Counted from the stretch's first letter, positions 27,321 through 38,858 are shown. The stretch: DNA of 64,000 bases from an uncultured Acidobacteriota bacterium (GCA_963794305.1 CAWCDQ010000017.1:80522-144521), one strand, 5' to 3'. Notes: generated by a model from the letters alone, not told the origin. Numbers and translations: made by a program.

Positions 27321-28739
27321 TCAGACCTGCCAACCGCCTCCCAGCGCGCGATAGATCTCGACGAGGGCCGTCAGTTCGCTCAGTTCCGCCTGCGCCAGGC
27401 CGAGCTCTGCATCGAACAGGCGCGTGTCGGCATCGAGCACCTCGAGATAGCTCGTCACGCCGCCCTCGTAGCGGACCTGCGCGAGTCGCCGGGCGTCCTG
27501 GGCCGCGGTGAACAACAGCGCCTGCTGCTCCCGGAACTCGCGCAGCTTGCGGTAGCCGACCAGCGCGTCCGAGACTTCGCGGAACGCCTGTCGAATCGTC
27601 TGCTGGTAGCCGACGACCGCCTCCTCGCGGCGCGCCTCGGCGAGCGCGACCTGCGATTTGGTGCGGCCCGCGGTGAAGATCGGCTGCGTGACGGCCGCGG
27701 CCGCGCTCCAGATCGCGGTAGTTCCGGTGAAGAGCGTCGCCAGCGCCGTGCTCTCGAATCCGCCCGATCCGGTCAGCGAGATCTGCGGAAAGTAGGCGGC
27801 GCGCGCGACGCCGATCTGCGCGTTGGCGGCCACCAGCGTCTGCTCGGCCCGCTGGATGTCCGGGCGCCGCTCGATCAGCGAGGAGGGGAGTCCCGCCGGC
27901 ACGTCGGCCTGGTGCGGCTGTTCGGTCAAGGCCCGTCCGCGCGCGATCGGGGCGGGGTTGCTGCCCAGCAGCACGCTGATGAAGTTCTCCTGCTGCGCGA
28001 TCTGCCGCTCGAGCGTCGCGATCTCGCCGGTCGCGCCGTAGACCAGCTGCTCGGCCTGGCGCACGTCGAGCAGCGACGTCACGCCGCCCCGTTCCCGCAC
28101 CTGGGCCAGCTCCAGCGACTCTTGCCGCGACGCGAGCGTGCGCCGCGAAATATCCAGCTCCAGATCCAGCGCGCGCAGGCTGAAGTACGCGCTCGATACC
28201 TGGCTGACCAGGGTGGTCAGCACCGCCCGGCGTCCCCACTCGGCGGCGAGCAGCTGAGCGCGGGCCGATTCGGTGGCGCGGCGGAACTTGCCCCAGAAAT
28301 CGAGCTCCCACGCCGCCGAGCCCTGGACCGCGACCGCGCCGATGTTGCGCGGCGGAAACCCGAGCGCGACCGACGGGCGCTCGCCCAGGACGTCCACGCC
28401 GGCGCTGACCGTCGGAAACTGATCCGCGTGCGTCACGCCGAGCTGCGCCTGCGCCTCGAGGATTCTGGCCGCGGCCGTCTGGATGTCGTAGTTGTGTTCG
28501 AGCGCGGTGCGAATCAGCGTCTGCAGGACTTCGTCCTCGAACAGCGCGGACCAGCGCTCGTCGGCCAGCGACGTCGCGCCTGGAGCGGCGTCCACGCCGC
28601 GAAACGCATCGGGAGCGACGACCGGAGGCCGCTGGTAGTTCGGACCGGTCATGCAACCCTGGGTCACCAGCGAGATCGCCACGACCGACGCCAGCGTCAG
28701 CGGCGTCACGCGGCTGCGGAACCGGATCGTTCGAGCCAC
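27321..28739 (-). CDS. RND efflux outer-membrane factor lipoprotein (NodT/OprM family)
   Basis: Intact. GTG 28739 gives VARTIRFRSRVTPLTLASVVAISLVTQGC (lipobox). Two TolC-like repeats (RPDIQRAE, AAYFPQISLTGSGG). C-terminus ALGGGWQ. Confidence 0.8.
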   Translation of the reverse strand: MARTIRFRSRVTPLTLASVVAISLVTQGCMTGPNYQRPPVVAPDAFRGVDAAPGATSLADERWSALFEDEVLQTLIRTALEHNYDIQTAAARILEAQAQLGVTHADQFPTVSAGVDVLGERPSVALGFPPRNIGAVAVQGSAAWELDFWGKFRRATESARAQLLAAEWGRRAVLTTLVSQVSSAYFSLRALDLELDISRRTLASRQESLELAQVRERGGVTSLLDVRQAEQLVYGATGEIATLERQIAQQENFISVLLGSNPAPIARGRALTEQPHQADVPAGLPSSLIERRPDIQRAEQTLVAANAQIGVARAAYFPQISLTGSGGFESTALATLFTGTTAIWSAAAAVTQPIFTAGRTKSQVALAEARREEAVVGYQQTIRQAFREVSDALVGYRKLREFREQQALLFTAAQDARRLAQVRYEGGVTSYLEVLDADTRLFDAELGLAQAELSELTALVEIYRALGGGWQV

Positions 28740-28740
28740 G

Positions 28741-31700
28741 TTACGAGTGCCCCTCGCTCGGCACGAGATCCGGTGCGTCGCCGTGCGCCGGCGCGCGCCG
28801 CGCCGACAGGCGTTCGACCAGGACGAACAGCAGCGGGATGATGAAGATGGCGAGCAGCGTCGCGGCCAGCATGCCGGTGACGACCACGGTGCCGAGGATC
28901 CGCCGCGACGCGCCGCCCGATCCGCTCGCGAACCACAGCGGCACGCAGCCAAGGATGAACGCAAAGGAGGTCATCAGGATCGGCCGCAGCCTGAGCTTCG
29001 CGCCCTCGAGCGCAGCGTCGACGAGGCCCATGCCGTGCTCGTACCGCTCCTTGGCGAACTCGACGATCAGAATCGCGTTCTTCGCGGCCAGCCCGATCAG
29101 CATGATCACGCCGATCTGCGCGTAGACGTCGAAGTCGTAGCGGCGCATGAACAGCCCGAGCATCGCGCCGAACACCGCAATCGGCACCGAGAGCAGCACC
29201 GAGAACGGCAGCGACCAGCTCTCGTACAGCGCCGCGAGGATCAGGAACACGAACGCAATCGACAGCGCGAACAGCCCGCCCGATCCGCCGGCCTTCTTTC
29301 CTGATACGAGAGATCCGACCAGTCGTAGCTGATCTCGCGCGGCATCGTCTGCTTCGCGACGTCTTCGAGCACGTCGAGCGCCTGACCCGAGCTGTAGCCC
29401 GGCGCCGCCGCGCCGGTGATCAGCGCGGCCCGGTAGACGTTGAAGCGGTTGGTGTACTGAGGTCCGAGCGCCGGTTTGGTCGATTCCAGCGTCGACAGCG
29501 GCACCATCGAGCCGTCGTTGTTGCGCACGTAGAACTGGCTGATGTTCGCCGGGCTCGTGCGCTCCGCGCCTTCAGCCTGGAGGAACACGCGCCACTGCCG
29601 GCCGAACCGGTTGAACTGGTTGACGTAGAGGCCGCCGAGGAATGCCTGCATCGTCTGATAGACGTCGCCGATCGCGATGCCCTGCTTCAGCACCTTGTCG
29701 CGATCGACGTCGGCATACAGCTGCGGCACCGCCGCCGTGAACTGCGTCGTCACGCCGACCAGCTCCGGCCGCTTGCGTGCGGCCGTCGAGGAACTTCTGC
29801 ACGTTCTGGTTCAGGAACTCGAGACTGCCGCCGGTCCGATCCTGCAGCCAGAAAGAGAAGCCGCCCTGCGTGCCGAGACCGGGAATCGACGGTGGCATCA
29901 CGGCAAAGGCCGTCGCTTCGGGAACGACCTGGCGCAACTCCCGGTTGACGCGGTTGACGATCTGCCGCGCCTCGAGATCGGCGCTGGTCCGTTCGTCCCA
30001 CGGCTTGAGCCCGATGAAGTAGAAGCCGTAGTTGCTCGCGGTGACGCGCGACAGCAGGCTGAAGCCGGCAATGGTGTTGAAGTTGGCGATCCCTTCCGTG
30101 TGCGCCAGCAGGTTGTCGATCTTGCGGCACACGGCGTCGGTCCGCTCGAGCGACGCGGCGGGAGGCAGCTGCACGTTCAGCAAAAAGTAGCCGTAGTCCT
30201 CTTCCGGCACGAAGCTGGTCGGCAGGCGGCGTCCGACGAGAACCGCCGCGCCCGTGAACCCGGCGAGCAGGACGATGCCGACCACCGCCTTCCGCACGAG
30301 ACCGTGGCTGACGCGCACGTAGCCGCGAGTCGCCGCGTCGAACCCGCGGTTGAACCAGGCAAAGAACCGGTTCAGCAGGCCGGTCGTCTTGACGCGCGGC
30401 TTGAGCAGCATCGCCGCCAGCGCCGGCGACAGCGTGAGCGCGTTGAACGCCGAGATGATCACCGAGATCGCGATGGTGATCGCGAACTGCTTGTTCAGGC
30501 GTCCCTGGATGCCGCTCATGAAGCCGACCGGGATGAACACCGAGGCGAGGATCAACGCGATGCTGACCACCGGCCCCGACACTTCTTCCATCGCCTTCAG
30601 CGTCGCATCCTTCGGCGCCATGCCTTCTTCGATGTGGTGTTCAACCGCCTCGACGACGACGATGGCGTCGTCCACGACCAGGCCGATGGCGAGGACCAGT
30701 CCGAACAGCGACAGCGTGTTGATCGAAAACCCGAGCAGCGGGAACACGGCGAAGGTGCCGATCAACGACACCGGCACGGCGATCATCGGAATGAAGGTGG
30801 CGCGCCAGTTCTGCAGGAAGAGATAGACGACGAAGATCACGAGGACGATCGCGATCCCGAGCGTGATCAGAATCTCCCGGATGCCTTCGGACACCGGCGC
30901 GGTGGTGTCGATCGAATAGCGGTAGGCCAGATCCTCGGGAAATCGCGTCTGCAGATCCGCCATCACCTTCTTGACGCCGTCGGCCACTGCGAGCGCGTTC
31001 GATCCGGGCTGCTGGAAGACGGCGACCGCACAACCCTGCTGCCCGTTGACGCGGCCGATCTGCTGATAGTTGAGCGCGCCGAGCTCGACGCGCGCGACAT
31101 CCCGCAGGCGGACGACGGAGCCATCGGGGTTGGAACGGACGGCGATGCCGCCGAACTCTTCCGCCGTCTGGAGCCGCCCCTGCGCGCGCACGGTGTAGGT
31201 CATCTCCTGGCCCGGTCGGCGCCGGCTGCGCGCCGATCTGGCCGGACGGGTTCACCGTGCTCTGCTGCTGAACGGCGCGCACCAACTCCGGCACGGTGAG
31301 GCCGAGCTGCGCCAGCCGATCGGGCTTCACCCAGATGCGCATCGCGTAGTCGCCGGCGCCGAAGATGCGCACGTCGCCGACGCCGGGCACGCGATAGAGC
31401 GCGTCGATGATGTTGATGTTCGCGTAGTTGGCGAGGAACAGCGCGTCGTAGGTGTTCTTCGGCGACATCAGCGAGACGATCAGCATCGGAAAGCCGGTGG
31501 CCTTGCGCATCGTCAGCCCGAACGTATTGACGTCGGGCGGCAGGTTCGGCTGCGCCTGGGCGATGCGGTTCTGGACGTTGACTTGATCGATGTTCGGATC
31601 GGTGGCGACGTCGAAGGTCACCGTCAGCTGCATCGTGCCGTCGTTGGCGTTGGTCGACGCCATGTAGAGCATGTTGTCGACGCCGTTGGTCTGCTGCTCG

Positions 31701-31894
31701 AGCGGCGCCGCGACCGCCGATTCGATGGTCAGCGCGTCGGCGCCGGTGTAGGTTGCCGACACGCTGATTTGCGGCGGGATGATCTCCGGGAACTGGGCGA
31801 TCGGCAGCCCCTGCATGGCGACCAGGCCGGCGAGCACGGTCACGATGGCGATGACGATGGCGACGATCGGACGGCCGATGAAGAAGCGCGACAT
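28741..31894 (-). CDS. RND (AcrB/HAE1-type) inner-membrane efflux transporter; three frameshifts (~31211, ~29786, ~29298)
   Basis: [19 protein letters not shown]-terminus. Fragments 30641-31894, 29572-31203, 29241-29753 and 28741-29250 join colinearly (...[22 protein letters not shown]...; ...[17 protein letters not shown]...; ...[27 protein letters not shown]...). Confidence 0.85.
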
Positions 31895-31897
31895 GGC

Positions 31898-33035
31898 TCA
31901 GTGCGCCTCGCCGGTTGCGGCAAGCGGCGTCGGATGGACTACGGCGCCGTCGCGGGTCGCCGCGCCCTCCACCACGACGCGCGTCCCCGACTGCAATCCT
32001 TCAGCGACGATCCAGCGGCTGCCGACGCGTTCGCCGACCTTGACGGTTTTCGTGCTGACCTTGTCGTCGGGCCCGACGACGCGCACCTGGTAGGTTCCCT
32101 GGAGCTCGGACACCGCGCGCTGGGGCACGAGGAGCGCGCCGTCGCGCACCTGCGTGTCCGCGCGGACCCGGCCGTACCCGCCCGGCCGCAGGATCCGATC
32201 GGGATTGGGAAATGTGGCGCTGATTCGGATCGTCCCGGTCTTCGTGTCGATCTCGCGATCGGCGGCCAGGAACGATCCTGCATGAGGGTACGTCGTGCCA
32301 TCGGAAAGAATCAGCGTCAGCGGCGTCCCTCCGGTCCACGGCCCCTTGCCACCGCGGCTGATTGATGCGCCCTGCGACCTGGAGGTAATCCTGCTCGCCG
32401 AGCGGAAAATACGCCTTGATGGGATCGATCTGCGACACGGTGGTCAGCAGCGTCGCCGGTCCGACCAGATCGCCAATCTGCGCGGTGGCTATCGCCGCGA
32501 CGCCGTCGACGAGCGACGTGACCTTGGTGAAGCTCACATTCAGCTCCGCCGTCTCGACGGCCGCCTTCGCCGACTTGACGGCCGCCTGTGCGCCGAGGTT
32601 TGCCTGGATGTCGTTGTCCAGCTGGCTGCGCGCAATCGCGCGCTGCTCGGCAAGCGGACGATCGCGCTCCAGGTCGTGGTCGGTCTTCCCCAGCTGCGCC
32701 TCGGCCTCGCCGAGTTGCGCCCGGGCCTGGGCCAGGACCGATTCAAAGGGACGCGGATCGATTTCGAACAGGAGCTGTCCTTTCCGGACGAACGCCCCTT
32801 CGTCGTAGTTGCGCTTCAGCAGATAGCCGCTCACCTGCGGCCTGATCTGCGCGTTGACCAGGCCGTCCAGCGTCGCGATCCAATCGCTCGTGATGACGAT
32901 GCGCTCGGGTGCGACCGTGATGACGCGGACTTCTGGCGGTGGCGGTGGCGGCGGCGCCGCCGCGCCGCTTCCGCAGGCGTCACACAGCAGCAGAACGAGG
33001 GGCGCGAACACAAGAAGGCGTCGGGGATATGACAT
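31898..33035 (-). CDS. RND efflux membrane-fusion (periplasmic adaptor) protein; one frameshift near 32353
   Basis: Lipoprotein-like leader LLLCDAC, coiled-coil region, then C-terminal barrel (GALLVPQRAVSELQGTYQVRVVG). Fragments join at ...GRINQP/GGKGPWTGGTPLTLILSDG.... Stop lies 3 nt before the RND ATG. Confidence 0.8.
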
Positions 33036-33039
33036 GCCG

Positions 33040-33709
33040 TTACTTTCGCGATGGACGAGCCGCGGAACGCAGCCCCTGGAGCCACTGATCCACGCTCGCG
33101 TCGAAGAGCCGGTCGGTCGGGCACGGTGCGAACCGCCGCATACCGAGGTGAACGTGCAGGAGGGCCTGATACGTCAACGCGGAAAGGATGAACCGTGAGG
33201 CCACCGCTGCGTCCGCGCTGCGGCGAAACTCGCCGGTCCGTCTGCCCTTCCTTGATGAGACGCTCGACGAAACGCCAGCGTTGCGCGACGCCGCGCGCCC
33301 AGGCCGCGAAGACACGCGGCGCCTCGGCCGGCATCTCCGCGATGACCACTCTCTGCCACAGCCCGGATTGCGAGGTCAGCGATAACACCCAGAAGTCGCC
33401 GAGAAAAAAGCGGAGACGATCCGCGACACTGCCGCCCTTCTCCGCCAGCCGCCGCTCGATTCCCTCCTGACGCTCGGCCATTCGGCTGGAGACGCTTCGC
33501 GTAAGCAAATCGTCTTTGTTTGCAAAGTAGTGATAGACGGTCGCCTTCGAGACACCCGCGTCGCGGGCGATGTCATCGAGGCGGACTCGGCGGTAGCCAT
33601 GGCGCTTGACGAGCTTGAGGGCCGATGCCATCAGCACGCGAGGACGATCGTCAGGAAGTCGTTGCCAGCGTCGAGGGGCGTGTCCTCGAGCGACGCGAGG
33701 GCGGCTCAC
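33040..33709 (-). CDS. TetR-family transcriptional repressor; one frameshift near 33235
   Basis: HTH block RLDDIARDAGVSKATVYHYFANKDDLL. Fragments join at ...LIKEGQTD/GEFRRSADAAVASRFILSALTYQ.... GTG 33709 chosen, since the TTG at 33745 lies inside the operator palindrome. Confidence 0.75.
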
Positions 33710-33726
33710 GTTTCGAGTATCCCACC

Positions 33727-33749
33727 ATAATTGACCAACGGTCAATTAT
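33727..33749. promoter_or_regulatory. candidate TetR operator overlapping a -35-like box
   Basis: Perfect inverted repeat ATAATTGACC-aac-GGTCAATTAT, 18 nt upstream of the tetR GTG. On the minus strand TTGACC is followed 17 nt later by GATACT, 6 nt before the GTG. Confidence 0.45.
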
Positions 33750-33947
33750 TCGACAGGCACTGCTCTTGGCCGACTCAAGCGTGTGTCGGAGCGTGCATCG
33801 TTCCGACGATCGCGTATCACAGTTGTGTAAATCTTGATCGAATGTCAGAGAACTCGACTGCGTAGTGCGGGTTTTCAGGGATGCAGCGCCTCCGCGGTCG
33901 GCGCCAGCTGTCAGTAGATCGTCGGAGGTCGCGATTTAGTCGCAGCA

Positions 33948-33998
33948 TGAGGGACGGCCTGAAGGCCGTCCCCTACGAGGGGTACGATTCAGGCCGTC
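33948..33998. repeat. REP-like GC hairpin with CCCCTACGAG tail (family A), second identical copy
   Basis: TGAGGGACGGCCTGAAGGCCGTCCCCTACGAG at 33948-33979, then ggggtacga and ttcaggccgtc (11-bp complement of gacggcctgaa). Ends at the rhodanese stop. Confidence 0.85.
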
Positions 33999-33999
33999 T

Positions 34000-34827
34000 C
34001 TACTTCACGATGGGATTGCCCGAATCGCGCTGCCAGTCCTGCCACGAGCCGACGTAGACGCGCGCGGGGATTCCGGCGGTACGTGCTGCCCAGTACATCA
34101 GGCTGGCGCGCATGCCCACGGCGCAGTACGTCACCACGCTCTGGTTGGGCGCGACTCCAGCCTGCGTGAGGAGCGCGCGAATCTCGTCCACGGTTTTGAA
34201 CTTCAGCATGCGCTGATCCGCGTACAGGTCCTGCCAGAGAATCAGCGTCGCGCCCGGCAGGTGGCCGTTGTTCCATTCCATGGTCGTGCGGACGTCGAGC
34301 ACTTTCACGTCCGGCGATTGAAGGCGCGCCTTCACGTAGGGGGCATCGACGATGACGTCGGGAGCGGGCCGGACGGTGAGCGTGCCGGCGGCAGGCGGCG
34401 GAATGTCGGTCGTGACGGGACGGTTCTCCGACCGCCACAGATTCATGCCCCCATCGAGCAGCGACACCTCGCCTTCGTGTCCGACCGCGGCGAGCGTCAT
34501 GTAGATCCAGCCGATCTGCATCGGCTGGTCTCCGTAGAGGACGATGTGGGTGCCATCGGCCGCACCGGCCTTCGAGGCGAGCGCCTTTGCCAGTTCCGGG
34601 ATCGGCAGCATGTGATGGTCCATGCTCCCGCCCGCGCTCATCTGGCCGGAAAGCGTGTCCATGTGATCGATGAACCGTGCGCCGGGAATGTGGGCGCGCT
34701 CGTAGGCGCCACGGTCGCCGGTGTAGACGACGCGAACCTGGGGATCGCTGAGATGGGACTGAAGCCAGGCGGTCGAAACCATCGGCTCGACGCTGGTCGC
34801 GGCGGCAAGCGCAAGGATATGGAGCAC
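34000..34827 (-). CDS. thiosulfate/3-mercaptopyruvate sulfurtransferase (tandem rhodanese domains)
   Basis: Intact 275 aa. Two rhodanese repeats, active-site loop YCAVGMRAS. GTG start with AGGAGG 5 nt upstream. Confidence 0.8.
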   Translation of the reverse strand: MLHILALAAATSVEPMVSTAWLQSHLSDPQVRVVYTGDRGAYERAHIPGARFIDHMDTLSGQMSAGGSMDHHMLPIPELAKALASKAGAADGTHIVLYGDQPMQIGWIYMTLAAVGHEGEVSLLDGGMNLWRSENRPVTTDIPPPAAGTLTVRPAPDVIVDAPYVKARLQSPDVKVLDVRTTMEWNNGHLPGATLILWQDLYADQRMLKFKTVDEIRALLTQAGVAPNQSVVTYCAVGMRASLMYWAARTAGIPARVYVGSWQDWQRDSGNPIVK

Positions 34828-34885
34828 GTGTACCTCCTGGCTCCTTTAGACGGTCGACAGGTGAGGAAGGTTCACGGCGGCGCAT

Positions 34886-35593
34886 TCACCTCGAGCGAGC
34901 ACGCCACCATAACGACGCGACTGCGAAAAGCACGCACAGGATACTGACGCCGTACCAGGCCCGTGCCGTCGAGGTTCGATCGCCATCGAGCACGTAGTCC
35001 ACGGTCAGTTCCCGCTGGTCGACATCCCGGCGCTGGCCCGAGATCGATACGCGGTCACTGGCGGGTACCAGGGCGTTCGCAAGATAGGCACCGATGTCAG
35101 GACGAAAGGTATTGCGATACCGCAGGTGGTGGGCGCCGGCCTTCAGCGGCGGCATCGCGGCGGACAGCTGAATGCGGATCGCGCTCTCTCCCTTCCGCAA
35201 GTCCTCGACGGCGGGGAAGCGCGCGTCGATCAGCTCGACGGCCAGCGGCGTATCGTCGACCGCGACAGCGATCGCGCGACTGACGCTCGCGGCGTAGGCC
35301 TGGCCTTCGTCGGCGGAGATCGTCCCGGTGCGATCGCGATCGATGTCCGCGAGCACGCGGTCCGCGACGGAGATGCCTGCCGTCAGATCCAGTTCGATCC
35401 GCGCGCGATCCGGATCGAGCGCGATGCGCGCCGCCTGGAGGTATTCGTCCAGCCGGTGCGCGGCGATGGCACTGCTCGCGGCGACGAGAAGCGCCGACGC
35501 CAGGCCGGCGGCGCCTCTACTTCGCCACGAACTTCGCACCGTAGTCGTTGGTCGGATCGCGATAGATGGTGTGGATATGGTCGACGCTGCCAC
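34886..35593 (-). CDS. hypothetical membrane-anchored protein with an EF-hand-like loop; start uncertain
   Basis: ORF carries DIDRDRTGTISADE (DxDxxGxIxxxE pattern) and a C-terminal hydrophobic helix WYGVSILCVLFAVASLWW. The listed start overlaps the DUF3500 gene by 77 nt; the true start is probably internal. Confidence 0.4.
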   Translation of the reverse strand: MAASTISTPSIAIRPTTTVRSSWRSRGAAGLASALLVAASSAIAAHRLDEYLQAARIALDPDRARIELDLTAGISVADRVLADIDRDRTGTISADEGQAYAASVSRAIAVAVDDTPLAVELIDARFPAVEDLRKGESAIRIQLSAAMPPLKAGAHHLRYRNTFRPDIGAYLANALVPASDRVSISGQRRDVDQRELTVDYVLDGDRTSTARAWYGVSILCVLFAVASLWWRARSR

Positions 35594-36564
35594 CCTGGGG
35601 CGCGTACTCGATCACGAGCGTCGGACCCTGGATGCGGAAGTAAGCCGCGCTTCCGTCGGTGGTCGGACCGCTCCAGGCGAAGTAGGTCTGCGGCAGGTTG
35701 CCGCGAAGCTCCGCCATGCGCGGATCGGCGAACGCCTCTGTCGCGATGCCTGCCCACTCGCGAACGATCTCGATCAGCATCGTCTGCTGCTGCGGCGAGA
35801 GCGCCGAGGCGCGGATGCCCTCGGGCTGGATGACCCGGCCGTCCTGGCCGGGCCCGAGCACGAGATCCGGGACGCGATAGCCGAGGATCGCCTGACTGCG
35901 CTGCGTTGCGTCGAGGTTGTTGATGAGGGCCAGCGCCTTGTCGTGCTCCGGGCCAAGCGGACGAACCTCCCGCCCCTCGACTGTGTAGGTCGCGGGCTGC
36001 GCCGCGGGAAGGCTCGGGGTCATGCTCGCGTTCCTGCCGGCCATCGTCAGGTTGATCGCGAGATGGTGGCCGCCGAACTGCAGCATCCACGGCGCGGTCG
36101 TGGAGGGGACACCGACGAACGCGAGATAGTACTGATCCTCGCCGAAGCTTGGGCCGCCCCGGCCGCCCCGGGCCACCGCGGCCACGCCCGCCACCGCCGT
36201 CAGCCTTCTTCAGCACTTCGTCGCCGTGCATGATCTCGGTCACCTTGCGGTAGCCGTCGCGGCTGAGCGCCGTCGTCAACAGTGTCGTCACCGCGGCTCG
36301 CTGCGCCGGCGTGAGATCCGCCAGCAGCAGTCCCCGCCGCTCGAACATCGGGCTCGGGAGATTGGACCAGCGCGTTTTCTGAGGGCCGTCGAAAGGAAAC
36401 TGGAGCCTGGTTCTGCCTTCGGCGTCGAGCGTGGCGAGCAATGCCTGCGCTGCGGTGACGATCTTTGCTGTCGCATCGGCAGGCTCACCCGCGGGCGCGC
36501 CGGCGCGCTGCGCGATGGGAGTCGTGGAAACGAGCAGCAGCAGAAAAAAGGCCGTGGTGCGCAT
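35517..36564 (-). CDS. DUF3500-family secreted protein; one frameshift in the G-rich stretch 36150-36205
   Basis: ATG 36564 gives signal MRTTAFFLLLLVSTTPIAQ. QFPFDGPQKTRWSNLP, then WMLQFGGHHLAINL and YFRIQGPTLVIEYAPQGG blocks, which I recognise as DUF3500. Confidence 0.65.
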
Positions 36565-36611
36565 ATTCAAACCTTACGGCCTTTTTGCGGAAAAACGATG
36601 GCGCCGACGTG

Positions 36612-36646
36612 AAAAAAATGGGCGGATGGGATTCGCCCACCCGCCC
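36612..36646 (-). terminator. Rho-independent terminator after the glutamine synthetase gene
   Basis: Minus strand reads GGGCGGGTGGG-cgaat-CCCATCCGCCC (10 of 11 bp pair) followed directly by ATTTTTTTC, 37 nt downstream of the stop. Confidence 0.65.
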
Positions 36647-36682
36647 TGGTTGCCCCGCCAATCTCGCGGCGCGGTACCCGAC

Positions 36683-38858
36683 CTACTTGATGAACAGCAT
36701 CTCCCGGTACGTGGCGAGCGGCCACGATTCGTGCGGGACCATCAACTCGAGCTGATCGCCCGTTTCCCGCAGAGCCGCCATGGCCGGCACCACGACGTCG
36801 CGGAAATGTTTCGCGTGCTTCTCGGCAGACGGGCTTTCGTGTTCGAGCGCCTTCTCGAGCTTGTCGGCCCGGCGCTTGAATTCATCGACCAGCTTCGTCA
36901 GCGCATCGAGCGTCTTCTTGCCTTCGACCGACTTGCCGCCGGCCGCCTTCACGGCCGATACGCTCTGCGCCACGTCCTTCTGGTATTCGAAGGCCGCCGG
37001 CAGGATGTAGCGGTTCGCCATCAGCACCATCAGCTGACCCTCGACGTTCACGGTCTTGTTGTAGGTCTCGACCATGATCTCGTAGCGCGCGTGAAGCTCG
37101 CGCTCGTTGAGAATCTTGTACGTCTCGAACAGCTTGGTGGCGTCCTTCGTCACGAGCTGCGGCAACGCGTCCACCGTGTTCTTCAGATTCAGGAGCCCAC
37201 GCTTGCCGGCTTCCTTCTCCCACTCCTTCGAGTAGCCGTTGCCGTTGAAGATGATCTGCTTGTTTTCCTTGATCACCTTCGGCAGCAGCGCCGCCACCGC
37301 TTCGTTGAGCGACTTGCCGCCCTGCACCGCCTTCTCGAGCTCGGTGGCGATGTAGTCGATCGACTCGGTCACCGCGAGGTTGAGGACGATGTTCGGGTAG
37401 CCGATGCTCTGGTTCGACGACACCGCGCGGAACTCGAACTTGTTTCCCGTGAACGCGAACGGGCTCGTGCGGTTGCGGTCGCCCGCGTCGCGCGGCAGCT
37501 TCGGCAGCACGAGGACGCCGGTGTCGAGCACGCCGCCGTGCTTGGTCGACTTGGCGCCGCCCTTCTCGATCTGCTCGAAGATGTCGGTGAGCATGTCGCC
37601 GAGGAAGATCGACAGAATCGCAGGCGGCGCTTCGTTGGCGCCCAGACGATGATCGTTGCCCGCGCTCGCGATGCTCGCGCGCAGCAGTCCCTGCCAGCGG
37701 TTGACGGCGCGAATGACCGCGCGTGCAGAACACCAGGAACTGCATGTTGTCGTGCGTGTTCGCGCCCGGGCCCAGGAGGTTGTTCCCCTCGTCGTCGCTC
37801 ATCGACCAGTTGAGGTGCTTGCCGGATCCGTTCACGCCCGCGAACGGCTTCTCGTGCAGCAGGCACGCGAGGCCGAACTTCGGCGCGGAGCGCTTCAACG
37901 TTTCCATCATCATCATCTGGTGATCGGTCGCGACGTTCGCGTTCTCGAACACCGGCGCGATCTCGTACTGGCTCGGCGCCACCTCGTTGTGGCGCGTCTT
38001 CACCGGCACGCCGACCTTATAGAGCTCCGTCTCGACCTCGGACATGAACGCCATCACCCGGTCGGGGATGGCCCCGAAGTACTGATCCTCGAGCTCCTGC
38101 CCCTTGGGCGGCTTGGCGCCGAACAGCGTGCGCCCCGCGTTGATGAGATCCGGCCGCGACAGATAGAAGTACTGATCGATCAGGAAGTATTCCTGCTCGG
38201 GGCCGCACGTCGTCACGACGCGCTCGGCGGTGGAGCCGAACAGCTTCAGGATGCGAACGGCCTGCTTCGACAGCGCCTCCATCGAGCGCAGCAGCGGCGT
38301 TTTCTTGTCCAGCGCCTCGCCCGTCCAGCTGACGAACGCCGTCGGAATCACCAGCGTCGTGGCGTTGCCGCTCTTCAACAGCCACGGCGGGCTCGTCGGA
38401 TCCCACGCGGTGTAGCCGCGCGCTTCGAAGGTGGAGCGCATGCCGCCGGACGGGAAGCTCGACGCGTCGGGCTCGCCGCGCACCAGTTCCTTGCCGGAGA
38501 ACTCCAGGACGGCTTTTCCGTCGGTGGTCGGCGACACGAACGAGTCGTGCTTTTCAGCCGTGATGCCCGTCAACGGCTGGAACCAGTGCGTGTAGTGCGT
38601 GGCGCCGTGCTCGACCGCCCACTCTTTCATCGCCGACGCGACGGCATCGGCCACCGAGACGTCGAGCGGTTCGCCGTGCGTCATCGTGCGGCGCAGCGCG
38701 TGATAAATCGGCTTGGGGAGACGAGTCTGCTGGACTTCGTCGTTGAACACGAGGCTGCCGAACGCCTCGCTGACGCGCGGCGTCCGCGGCTCCTTTGCTT
38801 CCGTGACCGACCAATTGCGGATTGAACCGATTGCCTCGCCGAGCACTCTGGACCCCAT
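36683..38858 (-). CDS. glnA: glutamine synthetase type III (~725 aa); one frameshift near 37717
   Basis: GSIII-type N-terminal domain ([34 protein letters not shown]), catalytic core ([34 protein letters not shown]), and a long C-terminal domain. ORFs 36882-38858 and 36683-37594 join at ...[41 protein letters not shown].... Confidence 0.85.

Noticed and set aside
27260-33979. The efflux operon plus flanking 32-nt repeats considered as an integrative element or genomic island.
   Set aside because: There is no integrase, recombinase or tRNA nearby. The repeat belongs to a dispersed hairpin family. It is kept only as a repeat-flanking observation.
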